Shown: positions 8,203-18,380 of the stretch, piece by piece | Layout: each line of letters opens with the position of its first letter | How positions within the stretch are numbered: position 1 is the first letter of the stretch | The notes under the pieces: generated by a model | Database searches by the model: none | The model's input: only the letters and a program-made list of their open reading frames with translations | What the model was told of the DNA's origin: nothing | Program-made: the position numbers and the translations under genes | Source: a virus | Taxonomy: Duplodnaviria; Caudoviricetes | Length of the DNA stretch: 29,791 bases | IMG/VR virus record: IMGVR_UViG_3300032332_002159 | Coordinates: 1 to 29,791 of that record | Reading direction: 5' to 3' (one strand)

Positions 8203-10479
8203 ATGGCTAAAACCCCCGATCCTAAAAAAGCAGCTCAAGATATAGAAGATAGCTTTTCTTCTCTTAGAGATACTCTTAAATCTATTGGAGAAGAACTAGG
8301 AATTAATGTTAACAAAATAACAGAAGCTAAAAAAGAATATCGAAGTCTTTTAGATGTTGCAAAACAACTTCAAAATAACGAAGAAGAAATTGCTAAACTT
8401 TCAGATAAACAAATAAAAACATTACGTTCAAAATCTGAAGCAAGTATAAGGGATTTAAAAGCAACTGCTGAAAAATTATCCCAAGAAAAAGGAGTATATG
8501 CTACAATAAATGGGCAATTAAGATCTAAAGTAAGACTTACAAAAGAAGAACGTGTTCTTCTTAAAATGGCCCAAGAAAATTTTAGTGTTGAGGAACAAAT
8601 TGTAAATCAACTACAAGAAGAAGATAAACTTAGAGACAACATAAATAAAAAAACCGGACTTCTTGGAGGAGTTTTAAAAGGTATTTCCAAAATACCGATT
8701 TTAGGTAATGTATTTGATGCTGAAAAAGCTTTAGATGCCTCTAAAGACAAAATTAGAGAAACAGGTAGTGCTGTTAGTGGGTTAGGGGCAGCCTTTAAAA
8801 ATATAGGAGGCCAAATAACTGGAGGAATTCTTAACCCAGCCAATTTACTTTTAGGGGTTGTAGGTTTAATGCTAAAAACTCTTTTAGGGGTTGATAAAGC
8901 TGCGGGTGACTATGCTAAATCTATGAATGTAACATATAGTGAAGCTGTACAACTTAGAGGAGAACTATCTAAAATGGCTATTGATAGTGGAGACATGGCC
9001 TTAAATAGTGAAAGATTACAAGAAACATTAGGTGCTGTAGGTCAATCATTAGGTACTAATGCCCAATTAAATAAAGAGGATTTACAAACATTTACTAAAT
9101 TAAGAGAACAAGCAGGATACACTAATGAAGAATTAATGGGGATCCAAAAACTTTCTCTAGTTAATGGTAAATCATTGAAGGATAATACTTCTGCAATATT
9201 AGGAGGAGCTAAAGCATATGCTTCTCGTAATAAATTAGTTGTTAATGAAAAACAAATATTAAAAGATATTTCTAAAGCTTCGGCTTCATTGCAGCTTTCA
9301 TTAGGTGGAAGTGCTAATGAGTTAGCCCGCTCAGCAGTTCAAGCAAGACAATTCGGTATTAATTTAGAACAAGCCGAAAAAATGTCTCAAAGTTTACTTG
9401 ATTTTGAATCTTCAATTGAAAACGAATTAAGTGCTGAATTACTAACAGGTAAAGATTTAAATTTAGAGCGAGCTCGAGGTTTAGCTTTAAATGGAGATTC
9501 AGCAGCAGCAGCTGCTGAAATAGCATCCCAAGTTGGATCTGCTGCTGATTTTGGAAAAATGAACGTTATACAGCAAGAATCTATAGCTAAAGCTATAGGA
9601 ATGCAACGTGACGAATTAGCCCAATCTTTAATTGATAAAGAATCATTAGCCAAATTAGGTGCTGAAGAAGGACAAAGTGCCCAAGATAGATACAACCAAC
9701 TTAAGGCACAAGGAATGTCAGAAGCTGAAATCGGCAAAAAATTAGGTGATGACGAATTAGCTAGACAGTATGAACAACAATCTTTACAAGAACAATTTAA
9801 CCAACAAATAGAACATATGAAAGAGATATTTGTTGAAATGTCTCCGGCTTTATTATCTATAGGACAAGGTTTAATGTCAATGTTTGGAATTGTAGGAATG
9901 ATTTTAAAACCAATTCAAATATTGTTTGATTTTTTCGGATCAATAGGAAAAATGATCTCTAAACTAATAGGGCCTTTAGGTGCAGTTGGAAAAGTTATAA
10001 AAGGATTAGCCTCAATAGCTATTGTATATGCAGCTTACCAAGCTTACGCATCTTTAGCTACTATCCCAGTTGCTGGGGTTGCTTTAGGTTTAGCAGCATC
10101 TGCAGGTATATTAGCAGCTGGTTTTGGATTATTAGGATCTATTAAGGATGGGGCAATTGATCCTAAAGGTGGTTTGATCGTTTCCGGTGAAAAAGGTTCA
10201 ATTCAATTAGATCCAAAAGATAGCATTATAGCAGGAACAGATTTACTCCCAAAAAATATAGATGATGGTGCTATTGATTCAAAAGGAAAAGTAGTAGCAT
10301 CGGGGGCTAAAGGATCTATGGGTGGTGATATGTCTGCAGTTATATCGGCTATAAACGCGTTAGCAAATCGTCCAATAAACGTATCAATTGATGGTAAAAA
10401 AGTAATTGAAGCTACAACAGGTGCTAACCCAAATACAGCAGGAGACGAAAACAGAAAAAACAGTTATAAAATGTCATAA
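8203..10479 (+). CDS. Tape measure protein
   Basis: 758 aa, helical, rich in Ala/Leu/Gln/Lys, with hydrophobic Gly/Ala stretches near the C-terminus; position after tube and chaperone genes. Confidence 0.8.
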   Translation: MAKTPDPKKAAQDIEDSFSSLRDTLKSIGEELGINVNKITEAKKEYRSLLDVAKQLQNNEEEIAKLSDKQIKTLRSKSEASIRDLKATAEKLSQEKGVYATINGQLRSKVRLTKEERVLLKMAQENFSVEEQIVNQLQEEDKLRDNINKKTGLLGGVLKGISKIPILGNVFDAEKALDASKDKIRETGSAVSGLGAAFKNIGGQITGGILNPANLLLGVVGLMLKTLLGVDKAAGDYAKSMNVTYSEAVQLRGELSKMAIDSGDMALNSERLQETLGAVGQSLGTNAQLNKEDLQTFTKLREQAGYTNEELMGIQKLSLVNGKSLKDNTSAILGGAKAYASRNKLVVNEKQILKDISKASASLQLSLGGSANELARSAVQARQFGINLEQAEKMSQSLLDFESSIENELSAELLTGKDLNLERARGLALNGDSAAAAAEIASQVGSAADFGKMNVIQQESIAKAIGMQRDELAQSLIDKESLAKLGAEEGQSAQDRYNQLKAQGMSEAEIGKKLGDDELARQYEQQSLQEQFNQQIEHMKEIFVEMSPALLSIGQGLMSMFGIVGMILKPIQILFDFFGSIGKMISKLIGPLGAVGKVIKGLASIAIVYAAYQAYASLATIPVAGVALGLAASAGILAAGFGLLGSIKDGAIDPKGGLIVSGEKGSIQLDPKDSIIAGTDLLPKNIDDGAIDSKGKVVASGAKGSMGGDMSAVISAINALANRPINVSIDGKKVIEATTGANPNTAGDENRKNSYKMS
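10141..10320 (+). repeat. Internal peptide duplication in the tape measure C-terminus
   Basis: IKDGAIDPKGGLIVSGEKGSI (from 10141) and IDDGAIDSKGKVVASGAKGSM (from 10258), 117 nt apart. Confidence 0.7.
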
Positions 10480-10485
10480 CATTTA

Positions 10486-10500
10486 ATATTTATAATAAAA
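10486..10500 (+). promoter_or_regulatory. Putative late promoter ATATTTATAATAAAA
   Basis: Full motif upstream of the baseplate operon. Confidence 0.8.
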
Positions 10501-10510
10501 ATAAATTACT

Positions 10511-10726
10511 ATGGGACTATTAGACATGCTAACCACACAAGGTTCAAACTTAAGCGAATTTGATGGACAAACACCACCAATCTCAAACCAGGATACACCA
10601 CAGTCAGTATTGCATTACCAATACTCAATTAATGGAACTCCAAACTTGACAGGATATCCAACTCCATCACAATTAGACTTAAACGGTGTTACCCCACCAA
10701 AATACGAAGATAACCTACCAGGATAA
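10511..10726 (+). CDS. Small putative virion protein
   Basis: 71 aa, Pro/Thr-rich, first gene after a late motif. Confidence 0.6.
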   Translation: MGLLDMLTTQGSNLSEFDGQTPPISNQDTPQSVLHYQYSINGTPNLTGYPTPSQLDLNGVTPPKYEDNLPG

Positions 10727-10737
10727 AATTTACGTAA

Positions 10738-12819
10738 ATGGGACTTTTAGACAAACTAAATAATGGAGTTACCTCCCTGAAATCTATTCCTTTTGGTGGC
10801 GATCAACCTGGAGGAGGGAACAGTAAACAACCATATATTAGAAAGTCTATTGATGAAAAACAACATAATCCTGCATATAACAATGAATACTTAGTACGTG
10901 GAGGAATTGAAGCCCCACTTAGTGCTGCTGAAGATGTTGTTCGTTTAACTAAATATTTTTTAGACGTTCAAAATCCTCAAGGTTTATTATTTGTAGCTAA
11001 GCAAGAACTTTTATCCCGAACAGGAACTAAAACTGAAGCTTCAAAAGGTTTAGGATATGCTGGAGGAGCTTTAAATGAAGGAGTTTATAATCCTTTATCT
11101 ACATTAGCTCAAGCTGGAGTTGGATTTGCAGGAATACATTTAAATAAACAAGGAATTGACCCTACGGGTTTGATCCCCGGTTTAGGTATTAACAAATACC
11201 AAGATATTATAGCTCGAGATCAACTTACTAAAGGTATATTTACTGGAAGAGTTGATGTAAATGATAATAGATTAGTTAGATTAACAGATGCTATTACTAG
11301 AAATAGGGGTGTTAACAATTTTAATGGTGTAGTTGGATATTCTTTAAATCCTTCAATTGAAAATGACGTTTTAATTTCTTATGGAGGTGGACCTGATTCT
11401 ATTTTAGGGATTGGAAAAACTAAAATTAGATTTGCTACAGATGTTTTAGGAAATCCAATAAGAACTTTAGATAAAAAACCAAAAGATTATTTAGTAGGGC
11501 AACCGTATGAACATGTAGATCAAGAAAAGTTTCAACTCCCAATTAACGCTTCATCTACCTATAATAATTTAATTAAAGAATTCTCTACAGATTATGTTCC
11601 TTATAATTTAATTAAAAATGGTTTAAGATCATATCAAGAAAACATTATAATAAGTGTTTACGAATCTGGGTCCTTAAAAAGCAACAGTAACATTGGTGTA
11701 GGTTCTTGGACACAACAAGATTTTATTGATCAACCACTTGATCTAGACACTGACATAAAGGATGATTTTAGAGAAAAATTAGATATAAACGCAGGTAATA
11801 CTTTTTTGAGTGCTACTAAGGGATATAAAGACAATAATATTGAGGATAAATTTGGAATGGGTAACCCCGGAAGCCGACAAAGAAACCGCTCCAACCCATT
11901 TTCAGGATCTATTTTACCTGGACAAACAACCTCAGAACCTTTAGATAAAGTTACAGCATATCCAATATATAAATTAAATTCAAATAAGCCTGCAAAATAT
12001 GGTACTGACACTGATTTAAATGATTTAGTCCAATTTTCTATTGCCATATTAAATAATGATAATCAAAACGACGAAAAAGCTACTACTCCAACTAATTATA
12101 CTTATAAAAAATATATGCACTTTAGAGCATTTATTGATAATATTTCAGATTCATATAATGCAGACTGGAATACTATAGAATATATGGGAAGAGCAGAAAA
12201 GTTTTACAAGTATGGTGGATTTAGTAGAAAAATGGGATTATCTTTTACTGTTGTAGCTCAATCTAAAGATGAACTTAATGTAATGTACGATAAACTAAAC
12301 TTTTTAGCTTCATCATTAGCCCCTGAATACTTGGATAGTAGCTCCTCAGGATATATGGCGGGAAATATTGCATATATTACTTTAGGAGACTATATTAATG
12401 ATCAACCTGGAGTTATTACTGGAGTAGATTTTGATATCCCTGAAGATTCCCCATGGGAAATAAATAGAGATGGAAAATCTTTACGCCAATTACCTCATAT
12501 GATTAAAGTTAAAGTTGACTTTATTCCAATCCAAAAATTCAGACCAGAAAAACAAAGCTGGAGAAATCATGGATTAGGAAATGTAGAAAGTGAACTCCTA
12601 ATGGACCCAGGAAATCAAAGATTTATAGATGATAATAATCCTTATAATACCAGAGGAACTAGATATGCTCCAACACAGGATTTTGCTACAGATTCATTAA
12701 ATTCCCCAACACAAGTCCCGATACAAACTCAACAAGCTCAAAATGTAATCTCTACTACATCAGTTGCTAATAGTGATCCTAGTTTAGAGCCTGGAGGAGC
12801 AATAGGATTAGTAATGTAA
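10738..12819 (+). CDS. Putative baseplate / tail-tube initiator protein
   Basis: C-terminal region FRAFIDNISDSYNADW...YMGRAEKFYKYGGFSRKMGLSF...ITLGDYINDQPGVIT...PWEI looks like a tube-fold (gp48/gp54-like) domain; located between tape measure and LysM genes. Confidence 0.55.
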   Translation: MGLLDKLNNGVTSLKSIPFGGDQPGGGNSKQPYIRKSIDEKQHNPAYNNEYLVRGGIEAPLSAAEDVVRLTKYFLDVQNPQGLLFVAKQELLSRTGTKTEASKGLGYAGGALNEGVYNPLSTLAQAGVGFAGIHLNKQGIDPTGLIPGLGINKYQDIIARDQLTKGIFTGRVDVNDNRLVRLTDAITRNRGVNNFNGVVGYSLNPSIENDVLISYGGGPDSILGIGKTKIRFATDVLGNPIRTLDKKPKDYLVGQPYEHVDQEKFQLPINASSTYNNLIKEFSTDYVPYNLIKNGLRSYQENIIISVYESGSLKSNSNIGVGSWTQQDFIDQPLDLDTDIKDDFREKLDINAGNTFLSATKGYKDNNIEDKFGMGNPGSRQRNRSNPFSGSILPGQTTSEPLDKVTAYPIYKLNSNKPAKYGTDTDLNDLVQFSIAILNNDNQNDEKATTPTNYTYKKYMHFRAFIDNISDSYNADWNTIEYMGRAEKFYKYGGFSRKMGLSFTVVAQSKDELNVMYDKLNFLASSLAPEYLDSSSSGYMAGNIAYITLGDYINDQPGVITGVDFDIPEDSPWEINRDGKSLRQLPHMIKVKVDFIPIQKFRPEKQSWRNHGLGNVESELLMDPGNQRFIDDNNPYNTRGTRYAPTQDFATDSLNSPTQVPIQTQQAQNVISTTSVANSDPSLEPGGAIGLVM

Positions 12820-12828
12820 TAATTAACA

Positions 12829-13137
12829 ATGAATAGATATTCTAATATTAAAACAACTTCAACCCCTGAAAATCCTAAGCCAAGGTATATAATGGTTAAA
12901 TATCCATTAGTTACCCTTGCCTCTTCAGATATTTATGTGTATACTACTCAAGGTGACAGGTACGATACTTTAGCCCTTTCATTTTATAATGATTCAACTT
13001 TATGGTGGATAATAAACAGAGCTAACCCCCAACAAGACGCAAATTCAATTTTTCCCTCAGTTGGAGCCCAAATCAGAATACCCGCCCCTGAAAGAACATC
13101 AATAATAATTTCACAATTTGAAACATTAAATAAATAA
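12829..13137 (+). CDS. LysM-domain baseplate wedge protein (gp53 / tail-X-like)
   Basis: YTTQGDRYDTLALSFYNDSTLWWIINRAN...GAQIRIP is the LysM-like pattern. Confidence 0.8.
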   Translation: MNRYSNIKTTSTPENPKPRYIMVKYPLVTLASSDIYVYTTQGDRYDTLALSFYNDSTLWWIINRANPQQDANSIFPSVGAQIRIPAPERTSIIISQFETLNK

Positions 13138-13143
13138 TAAGTT

Positions 13144-16100
13144 ATGGCTATAATAGGTCAAGAAATAGAAGATTATGTTGCTTCCCAAATCAATGTTAGA
13201 CAGAAACTTCACGGGAGTGGTACTTCTTATTCAAGTGGGGATGAATGGATTACAGATTATAGAACTGAATCACAAATTGCTCTTTTAAACTCTAATACAG
13301 CTTGGATAAAACTAGCATCCGGAGTATCGATTGCATCTGATAAACTTAATGACTTAGGATTATCTTCTGCATTCTCAGGAATGGAGTTAGCTAAAGCTAA
13401 TATTCTATATGCTGGACTTTCTACTCTTCAAGGAGGTAATCATTTAACTCAAAGAGGGGGATTTAACCCTGAAGATGCTATTTACTCAAAAACTTATGGA
13501 GGAGCAGTTAATGCTTCACTTCAAGATTCAAATAGTAAAACTTATAAAGGTTCTTATACTTATGGAACTTATGGATACTCTCCAATGCCGGGTATTATAA
13601 GTGCTGATATAAAAGCACTAAATAGAGGTTCATTAAAGAAAGCAACAGTTAAAATTAAAGTAAATAATAAACAACAATTTGATGTTATTGATGTTTTGTA
13701 TTTAAGATTAGGATATACTGTTATGCTTGAGTGGGGAAATTCTCTATTCACTACAGATGGAGTTAATAAAGATGTAGTTCGAAATACAATTATTGATGAC
13801 CCTAAACGATTTTTTAATGAAAGTTTTGGAAGTAACCGCTCTTATAGAGATCTTTTATACACTATAGAATATTATAGAAAATTATATGCTGGGAACTATG
13901 ATGGTTTATTAGGTAAAATATCTAATTTTAATTGGTCATTTAATAAAGATGGATCATACGATATTGAAATTACAATTATAAGCTTAGGAGATGTAGTTGA
14001 ATCATTAAAAATGAATATCTCTACAGACCAAAAATTTCAAGAATTCCTTGAACAACAAAATTCTACCCCAACCCCAAAAAGTAGTGCGGATACACCTGCT
14101 GAACCCGATCCAATTGAAGATAATAAAGATGCAAATGCTATATCATCTATGTTGTGGGCATGGAAATATTCAAATGAAACAGAATTACAAAGTTATCAAA
14201 ATAATGGATCTGAAAATGATTTACATATTATTGATGGTAACGGTGGTATAAATTATGTAGGTAGCTTCTTAAAAAACTCTAAAACTCTTACTGGAGGCTC
14301 AGTCAGATATAAATTTATATTTGAACTCTTTTCCCGTTCTAATATCGATGGAAGTTATTCTAGTGAGGGAGATACCAATACCTATGAACCTAAATATAAA
14401 AAGTATAGCTCATCCCCTTCATTTATTGAATTGGGGGATGATGCTGATAAATTTTTAGCAGATCAAGCCTCTAGTCAAGGTTTTAAATCTACTGAATCCG
14501 AATCCACCGGTTTAAAAATATGGAAAAAACAAAGTGATACTCAAACCGAAACATTATCTATTAAATATGAAATAGCAGGATTTGAATCTCAAACAGTAGA
14601 TAGTCCTATTTCAGACGCTCCACCAAAAAGTGCATGTTTTTTAATTACCGAACCTAAGCAATTATATTTACGATTTGGGTATCTATTACATTTTATCTCT
14701 AAAAAACTTATCCCTAAAGTAAAAACTCAATCCACCGATCATGATGATAATCCTTCAATGTTTAAAATGCGTTATGATATACATGACGGGCATAAACAAG
14801 GTTTTACTCAAGTCATGTACTCTATTCCAAATCAAATATCACTTGATCCTAGAGTATGCATAGTTAAAAATAAAAAGATTGAAAAAGAAGCAGGTACTAA
14901 CAACGCATATGATAATCTTCTCCCCTTTAGAACTGCTGATTATATAGATAATGGTAATCCTAATAAAGCATATAGTTCAAATATTTATTTAAATTTTGAA
15001 TTTATTCTTGAATGCCTTAACTCAAATACAGATGAAAGAGGAGATATTAGTGTATATAACTTTTTAAAAGCCATATGTGATGGCTTAAATAAAGCTTTAG
15101 GAGGAATAAATAATCTTGAACCTATAGTAGATGAAGAAACTAATACTTTAAGTATCCTAGATACAACCCCAATCCCTGGAGTACCAGTTACAGGTCAAAG
15201 TTATACTCTTCAATTGTATGGATATGATAAAGTAGGTAGTAGAGGCCATATATCAAATTTTATTCGAAATGTTGATTTAAAAACCGCTATTACCCCTGAA
15301 TTTGCTACCATGATTACCGTTGGGGCAACAGCAGGAGGTTACGTTAAAGGAACAGAAGCTACAGCATTTTCAAGATGGAACATAGGCTTAACCGATAGAT
15401 TCAATAGTGAATTACTCCCAGGAAATGTTAATTCAACCCCCGTTTCCGGAAGTGATGAAGCCGTTGTTAACTATAATAAAAAAATGGCAGCCCAAACTAA
15501 AATTACTCCGTTTTATGGTTTTTCCGGAAATTTACAAGGTGGTAGCAATAAAAATTTAAAAATTTCAACAGATGCTATTGAAACTAACATTTCAGTAGGA
15601 ACCGAATATTATAAATATGTTATAGCATCTAATCAAACCCAAAATGGTGGTACTGTAGGATTTATTCCGTTTAAAATTAGTTTTACAATGGATGGCTTAT
15701 CGGGAATAAAGATATACAATAAACTCCATGTTGATACTAGATTTTTACCTAAAGCTTATGGTGATGCTTTAGACTTAATTGTAACGGGAGTAAGCCATAA
15801 ATTACAAAAGAATGATTGGGAAACAGATATTGAAGCAACAGTCATCCCTAAAACATCAGGAACGTCTGCATACACCCCAACTACAACAACTCCCCAAGTA
15901 TCTGGCTCAGCACCTGGGGGGACCCCACAACCACGTTCAGTAAATTGCCCAGTCATAAACTTTAAAACCAATGATTCTTCAAAACGAGTATCTATTAATA
16001 AAGTATTATCCATATCCAAAAATATATTTCCAGAACTTTCTAAAAAAGCTCTTTCAGGAATGTTAGGGCATTTTAGATACGAAGGCCAATTTAATCCTAC

Positions 16101-16488
16101 AGCATTCAATAATACTGGTGGTGGATGTGGTGCTTTAGGGATAGCTCAATGGAGAGGAAATAGACAGAAAAATTTAGAATCTTTTGCTAAATCTCAAGGA
16201 ACCGGAATAGAGGATATAACTACTCAATTAAAGTTTATTAAAAAAGAACTAACAGAATCATACAAAAATGTTTGGAATCTTCTTAAAAGTGATACTCTTA
16301 CTTTAAGACAATATACCGCGGTAGTTCATATAAGTTTCGGTTTAGGTAATTCTAACCCTTATGGTTATTATCTTTCAATAGTAGATGAATCTTCATATGT
16401 TACAGTTTATAAGGGCAAAGGAGGAAACACACCTTCTACAATTCCTAAAAGATACAAATATGCTGAAGAATTTTTAAATTTATCTTAA
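13144..16488 (+). CDS. Baseplate hub-like protein with C-terminal phage tail lysozyme domain
   Basis: PMPGIISADIK, LYLRLGYTVMLEWG and NYDGLLGKISNFNWSF hub-like segments; Thr/Pro linker; then GMLGHFRYEGQFNPTA...GALGIAQWRGNR...QLKFIKKEL, typical of the Phage_lysozyme2 family. Confidence 0.7.
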   Translation: MAIIGQEIEDYVASQINVRQKLHGSGTSYSSGDEWITDYRTESQIALLNSNTAWIKLASGVSIASDKLNDLGLSSAFSGMELAKANILYAGLSTLQGGNHLTQRGGFNPEDAIYSKTYGGAVNASLQDSNSKTYKGSYTYGTYGYSPMPGIISADIKALNRGSLKKATVKIKVNNKQQFDVIDVLYLRLGYTVMLEWGNSLFTTDGVNKDVVRNTIIDDPKRFFNESFGSNRSYRDLLYTIEYYRKLYAGNYDGLLGKISNFNWSFNKDGSYDIEITIISLGDVVESLKMNISTDQKFQEFLEQQNSTPTPKSSADTPAEPDPIEDNKDANAISSMLWAWKYSNETELQSYQNNGSENDLHIIDGNGGINYVGSFLKNSKTLTGGSVRYKFIFELFSRSNIDGSYSSEGDTNTYEPKYKKYSSSPSFIELGDDADKFLADQASSQGFKSTESESTGLKIWKKQSDTQTETLSIKYEIAGFESQTVDSPISDAPPKSACFLITEPKQLYLRFGYLLHFISKKLIPKVKTQSTDHDDNPSMFKMRYDIHDGHKQGFTQVMYSIPNQISLDPRVCIVKNKKIEKEAGTNNAYDNLLPFRTADYIDNGNPNKAYSSNIYLNFEFILECLNSNTDERGDISVYNFLKAICDGLNKALGGINNLEPIVDEETNTLSILDTTPIPGVPVTGQSYTLQLYGYDKVGSRGHISNFIRNVDLKTAITPEFATMITVGATAGGYVKGTEATAFSRWNIGLTDRFNSELLPGNVNSTPVSGSDEAVVNYNKKMAAQTKITPFYGFSGNLQGGSNKNLKISTDAIETNISVGTEYYKYVIASNQTQNGGTVGFIPFKISFTMDGLSGIKIYNKLHVDTRFLPKAYGDALDLIVTGVSHKLQKNDWETDIEATVIPKTSGTSAYTPTTTTPQVSGSAPGGTPQPRSVNCPVINFKTNDSSKRVSINKVLSISKNIFPELSKKALSGMLGHFRYEGQFNPTAFNNTGGGCGALGIAQWRGNRQKNLESFAKSQGTGIEDITTQLKFIKKELTESYKNVWNLLKSDTLTLRQYTAVVHISFGLGNSNPYGYYLSIVDESSYVTVYKGKGGNTPSTIPKRYKYAEEFLNLS

Positions 16489-16501
16489 AATAAAAAATTT
16501 A

Positions 16502-17101
16502 ATGTATTATCCAAAATCACAAATAAAACTTAATTTATATACTAATGGTAATGAATATGCTCTATCTACTACTAAAGAGTTATATAAAGGATATTACTAT
16601 GAAGTTTCAAGTGGGCAAAAATACACAGGAAAAAATCCTCAAAATGGACCAAATACTCTCCTTATCCCCATCTTCCAAATAACCCCAAACTCAACCCCAG
16701 GAGATATCTCACCATTTTCCCAAGAAGATAACATTTACTCAGTAATAGATTCACCTTCTCCTTCATTACCATCAAGATCAATACCTAGTTTTAACCCAAC
16801 AACCCCAACTCAACAAGACTACCAAAACCTCCAATTCAACAGATATTTCTGCAAGAAAAATAATGAACTTAGATATTTGGAAATTGATAGAGATACCTAC
16901 CAAAAACTCCTCTCCCAAGACCCAAAAATAGCTTGGGATTTATACACCCCAACTATTGTTTTATGGCAGTTAAAAGGTAATAGAGAACAAGTATTTAACT
17001 CAAATAAAGGAACAGCTATTTCAATTGAACAAACTTTAACTTGGACTGGTTTTTCCCAATATTTCCAAGATAAATTCTTAAAATATTACTTGGAATCTTA
17101 A
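16502..17101 (+). CDS. Hypothetical protein (last gene of the baseplate operon)
   Basis: 199-aa ORF, tightly packed; no motif recognised. Confidence 0.6.
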   Translation: MYYPKSQIKLNLYTNGNEYALSTTKELYKGYYYEVSSGQKYTGKNPQNGPNTLLIPIFQITPNSTPGDISPFSQEDNIYSVIDSPSPSLPSRSIPSFNPTTPTQQDYQNLQFNRYFCKKNNELRYLEIDRDTYQKLLSQDPKIAWDLYTPTIVLWQLKGNREQVFNSNKGTAISIEQTLTWTGFSQYFQDKFLKYYLES

Positions 17102-17120
17102 AATTAAATTAGTATCTTTA
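17090..17120 (+). promoter_or_regulatory. Putative early/middle promoter TTGGAA-N17-TATCTTTA
   Basis: Resembles the Bacteroidota sigma-A consensus (TTG-N19-21-TAnnTTTG); marks the switch from structural to replication genes. Confidence 0.6.
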
Positions 17121-17124
17121 AAGC

Positions 17125-18372
17125 ATGTATTGGCTTATAGAAGATATTAAACATATAGAAACACTTTGTCGTATAAAACACCAATTTGCGTACGTTGATG
17201 TGATTCCTTGTTCCCATACACTTCACCCTGTTGAAAATAGTGTATGTGCTATTTATCTTAAACCAAGAGATGATTCAAAAGGATATATTATACCTGTTAA
17301 TCATAGTGAAACTATAAACTTTGATTTAGAGGTAGTACAAAGGGTATTAAACAGTATAGAAAACATTTATGTAAGAGATAGAAAAGAGTTTTTACATTAT
17401 TTTCCTATTAAGCACTGTTACCAACCATCACCCTCCCCCCATACGTATATACCTCAATTAACGCAAGCTCACATTCAAATTTACAATAGATTCCCCGACA
17501 TTAAGGATCTAAACACAATTATACCGATTGTAAAACATTATGAGGTGTGTGAGCAAAACTATTTAAACTTTGATCCTAAAGAAATAAACCCGTTTTACAA
17601 CAAAGCAGCATTGGTGTTTAATCAACTAGAACGAGCGGGAATAAAAGTGGATCAATCTAAATTCGAGCAGTACTTCGATAAAGAGGTAAACGAGTTTATC
17701 TACACGCAATATAATCTAAACACATTAACAACAAGACCTTCAAATACATTTAATAACCTAAATTTTTCAGCTTTAAACAAAGACAATGGAGAAAGAGAAT
17801 GCTTCATCCCCCGCAACGACAATTTTATTGAAATGGATATTAGTGCTTACCATCCTACCCTTCTTGCTAATCTATTGGATTATACTTTTGATAGTGATGA
17901 CATTCATGGGGATTTTGCTACAATGTATAACGTGGACTATGCCAAAGCAAAAGAGATCACGTTTAAACAACTTTACGGTGGAATTTGGAAAGAATATCGA
18001 GAAATAGAGTTCTTTAAAAGAACACAAGCATATATAGATGACTTGTGGAATTCATTTAATTATAACGGATACATTAGATGTTCAATTTCAAATCATAGAT
18101 TTGTAAAAAGTAAGATGGAAAATATGAATCCACAAAAACTTTTAAATTATGTTTTACAAAACTTGGAGACAGCAAATAATGTTTGTATATTGTACGATAT
18201 TTTTAAAGTGCTACGAGGAAAAAATACTAAACTCGTATTATATGTTTACGATTCATTTTTATTTGATTTTGATGAAAATGAAAAAGCCGTGATGCTTCAA
18301 ATACTAGGAATATTCAATAAATACAAATTACAAACCAAAATTAAAAAAGGTAAAAATTACAGTTTTAAGTAA
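17125..18372 (+). CDS. Compact, divergent family A DNA polymerase-like protein
   Basis: LERAGIKVD, TTRPSN (for TGRLSS), RECFIPR, motif A EMDISAYHP, motif B AKEITFKQLYG, NYVLQNLET, motif C LYVYDSFLFD. Confidence 0.8.
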   Translation: MYWLIEDIKHIETLCRIKHQFAYVDVIPCSHTLHPVENSVCAIYLKPRDDSKGYIIPVNHSETINFDLEVVQRVLNSIENIYVRDRKEFLHYFPIKHCYQPSPSPHTYIPQLTQAHIQIYNRFPDIKDLNTIIPIVKHYEVCEQNYLNFDPKEINPFYNKAALVFNQLERAGIKVDQSKFEQYFDKEVNEFIYTQYNLNTLTTRPSNTFNNLNFSALNKDNGERECFIPRNDNFIEMDISAYHPTLLANLLDYTFDSDDIHGDFATMYNVDYAKAKEITFKQLYGGIWKEYREIEFFKRTQAYIDDLWNSFNYNGYIRCSISNHRFVKSKMENMNPQKLLNYVLQNLETANNVCILYDIFKVLRGKNTKLVLYVYDSFLFDFDENEKAVMLQILGIFNKYKLQTKIKKGKNYSFK

Positions 18373-18380
18373 AAAAAGTT

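Noticed and set aside
2591-16488. Bacterial eCIS or tailocin locus, suggested by two sheath genes plus tube and LysM genes
   Set aside because: Contiguous with phage replication, RNR, thyA and lysis genes under phage-type promoters; no host genes or eCIS ATPase seen.
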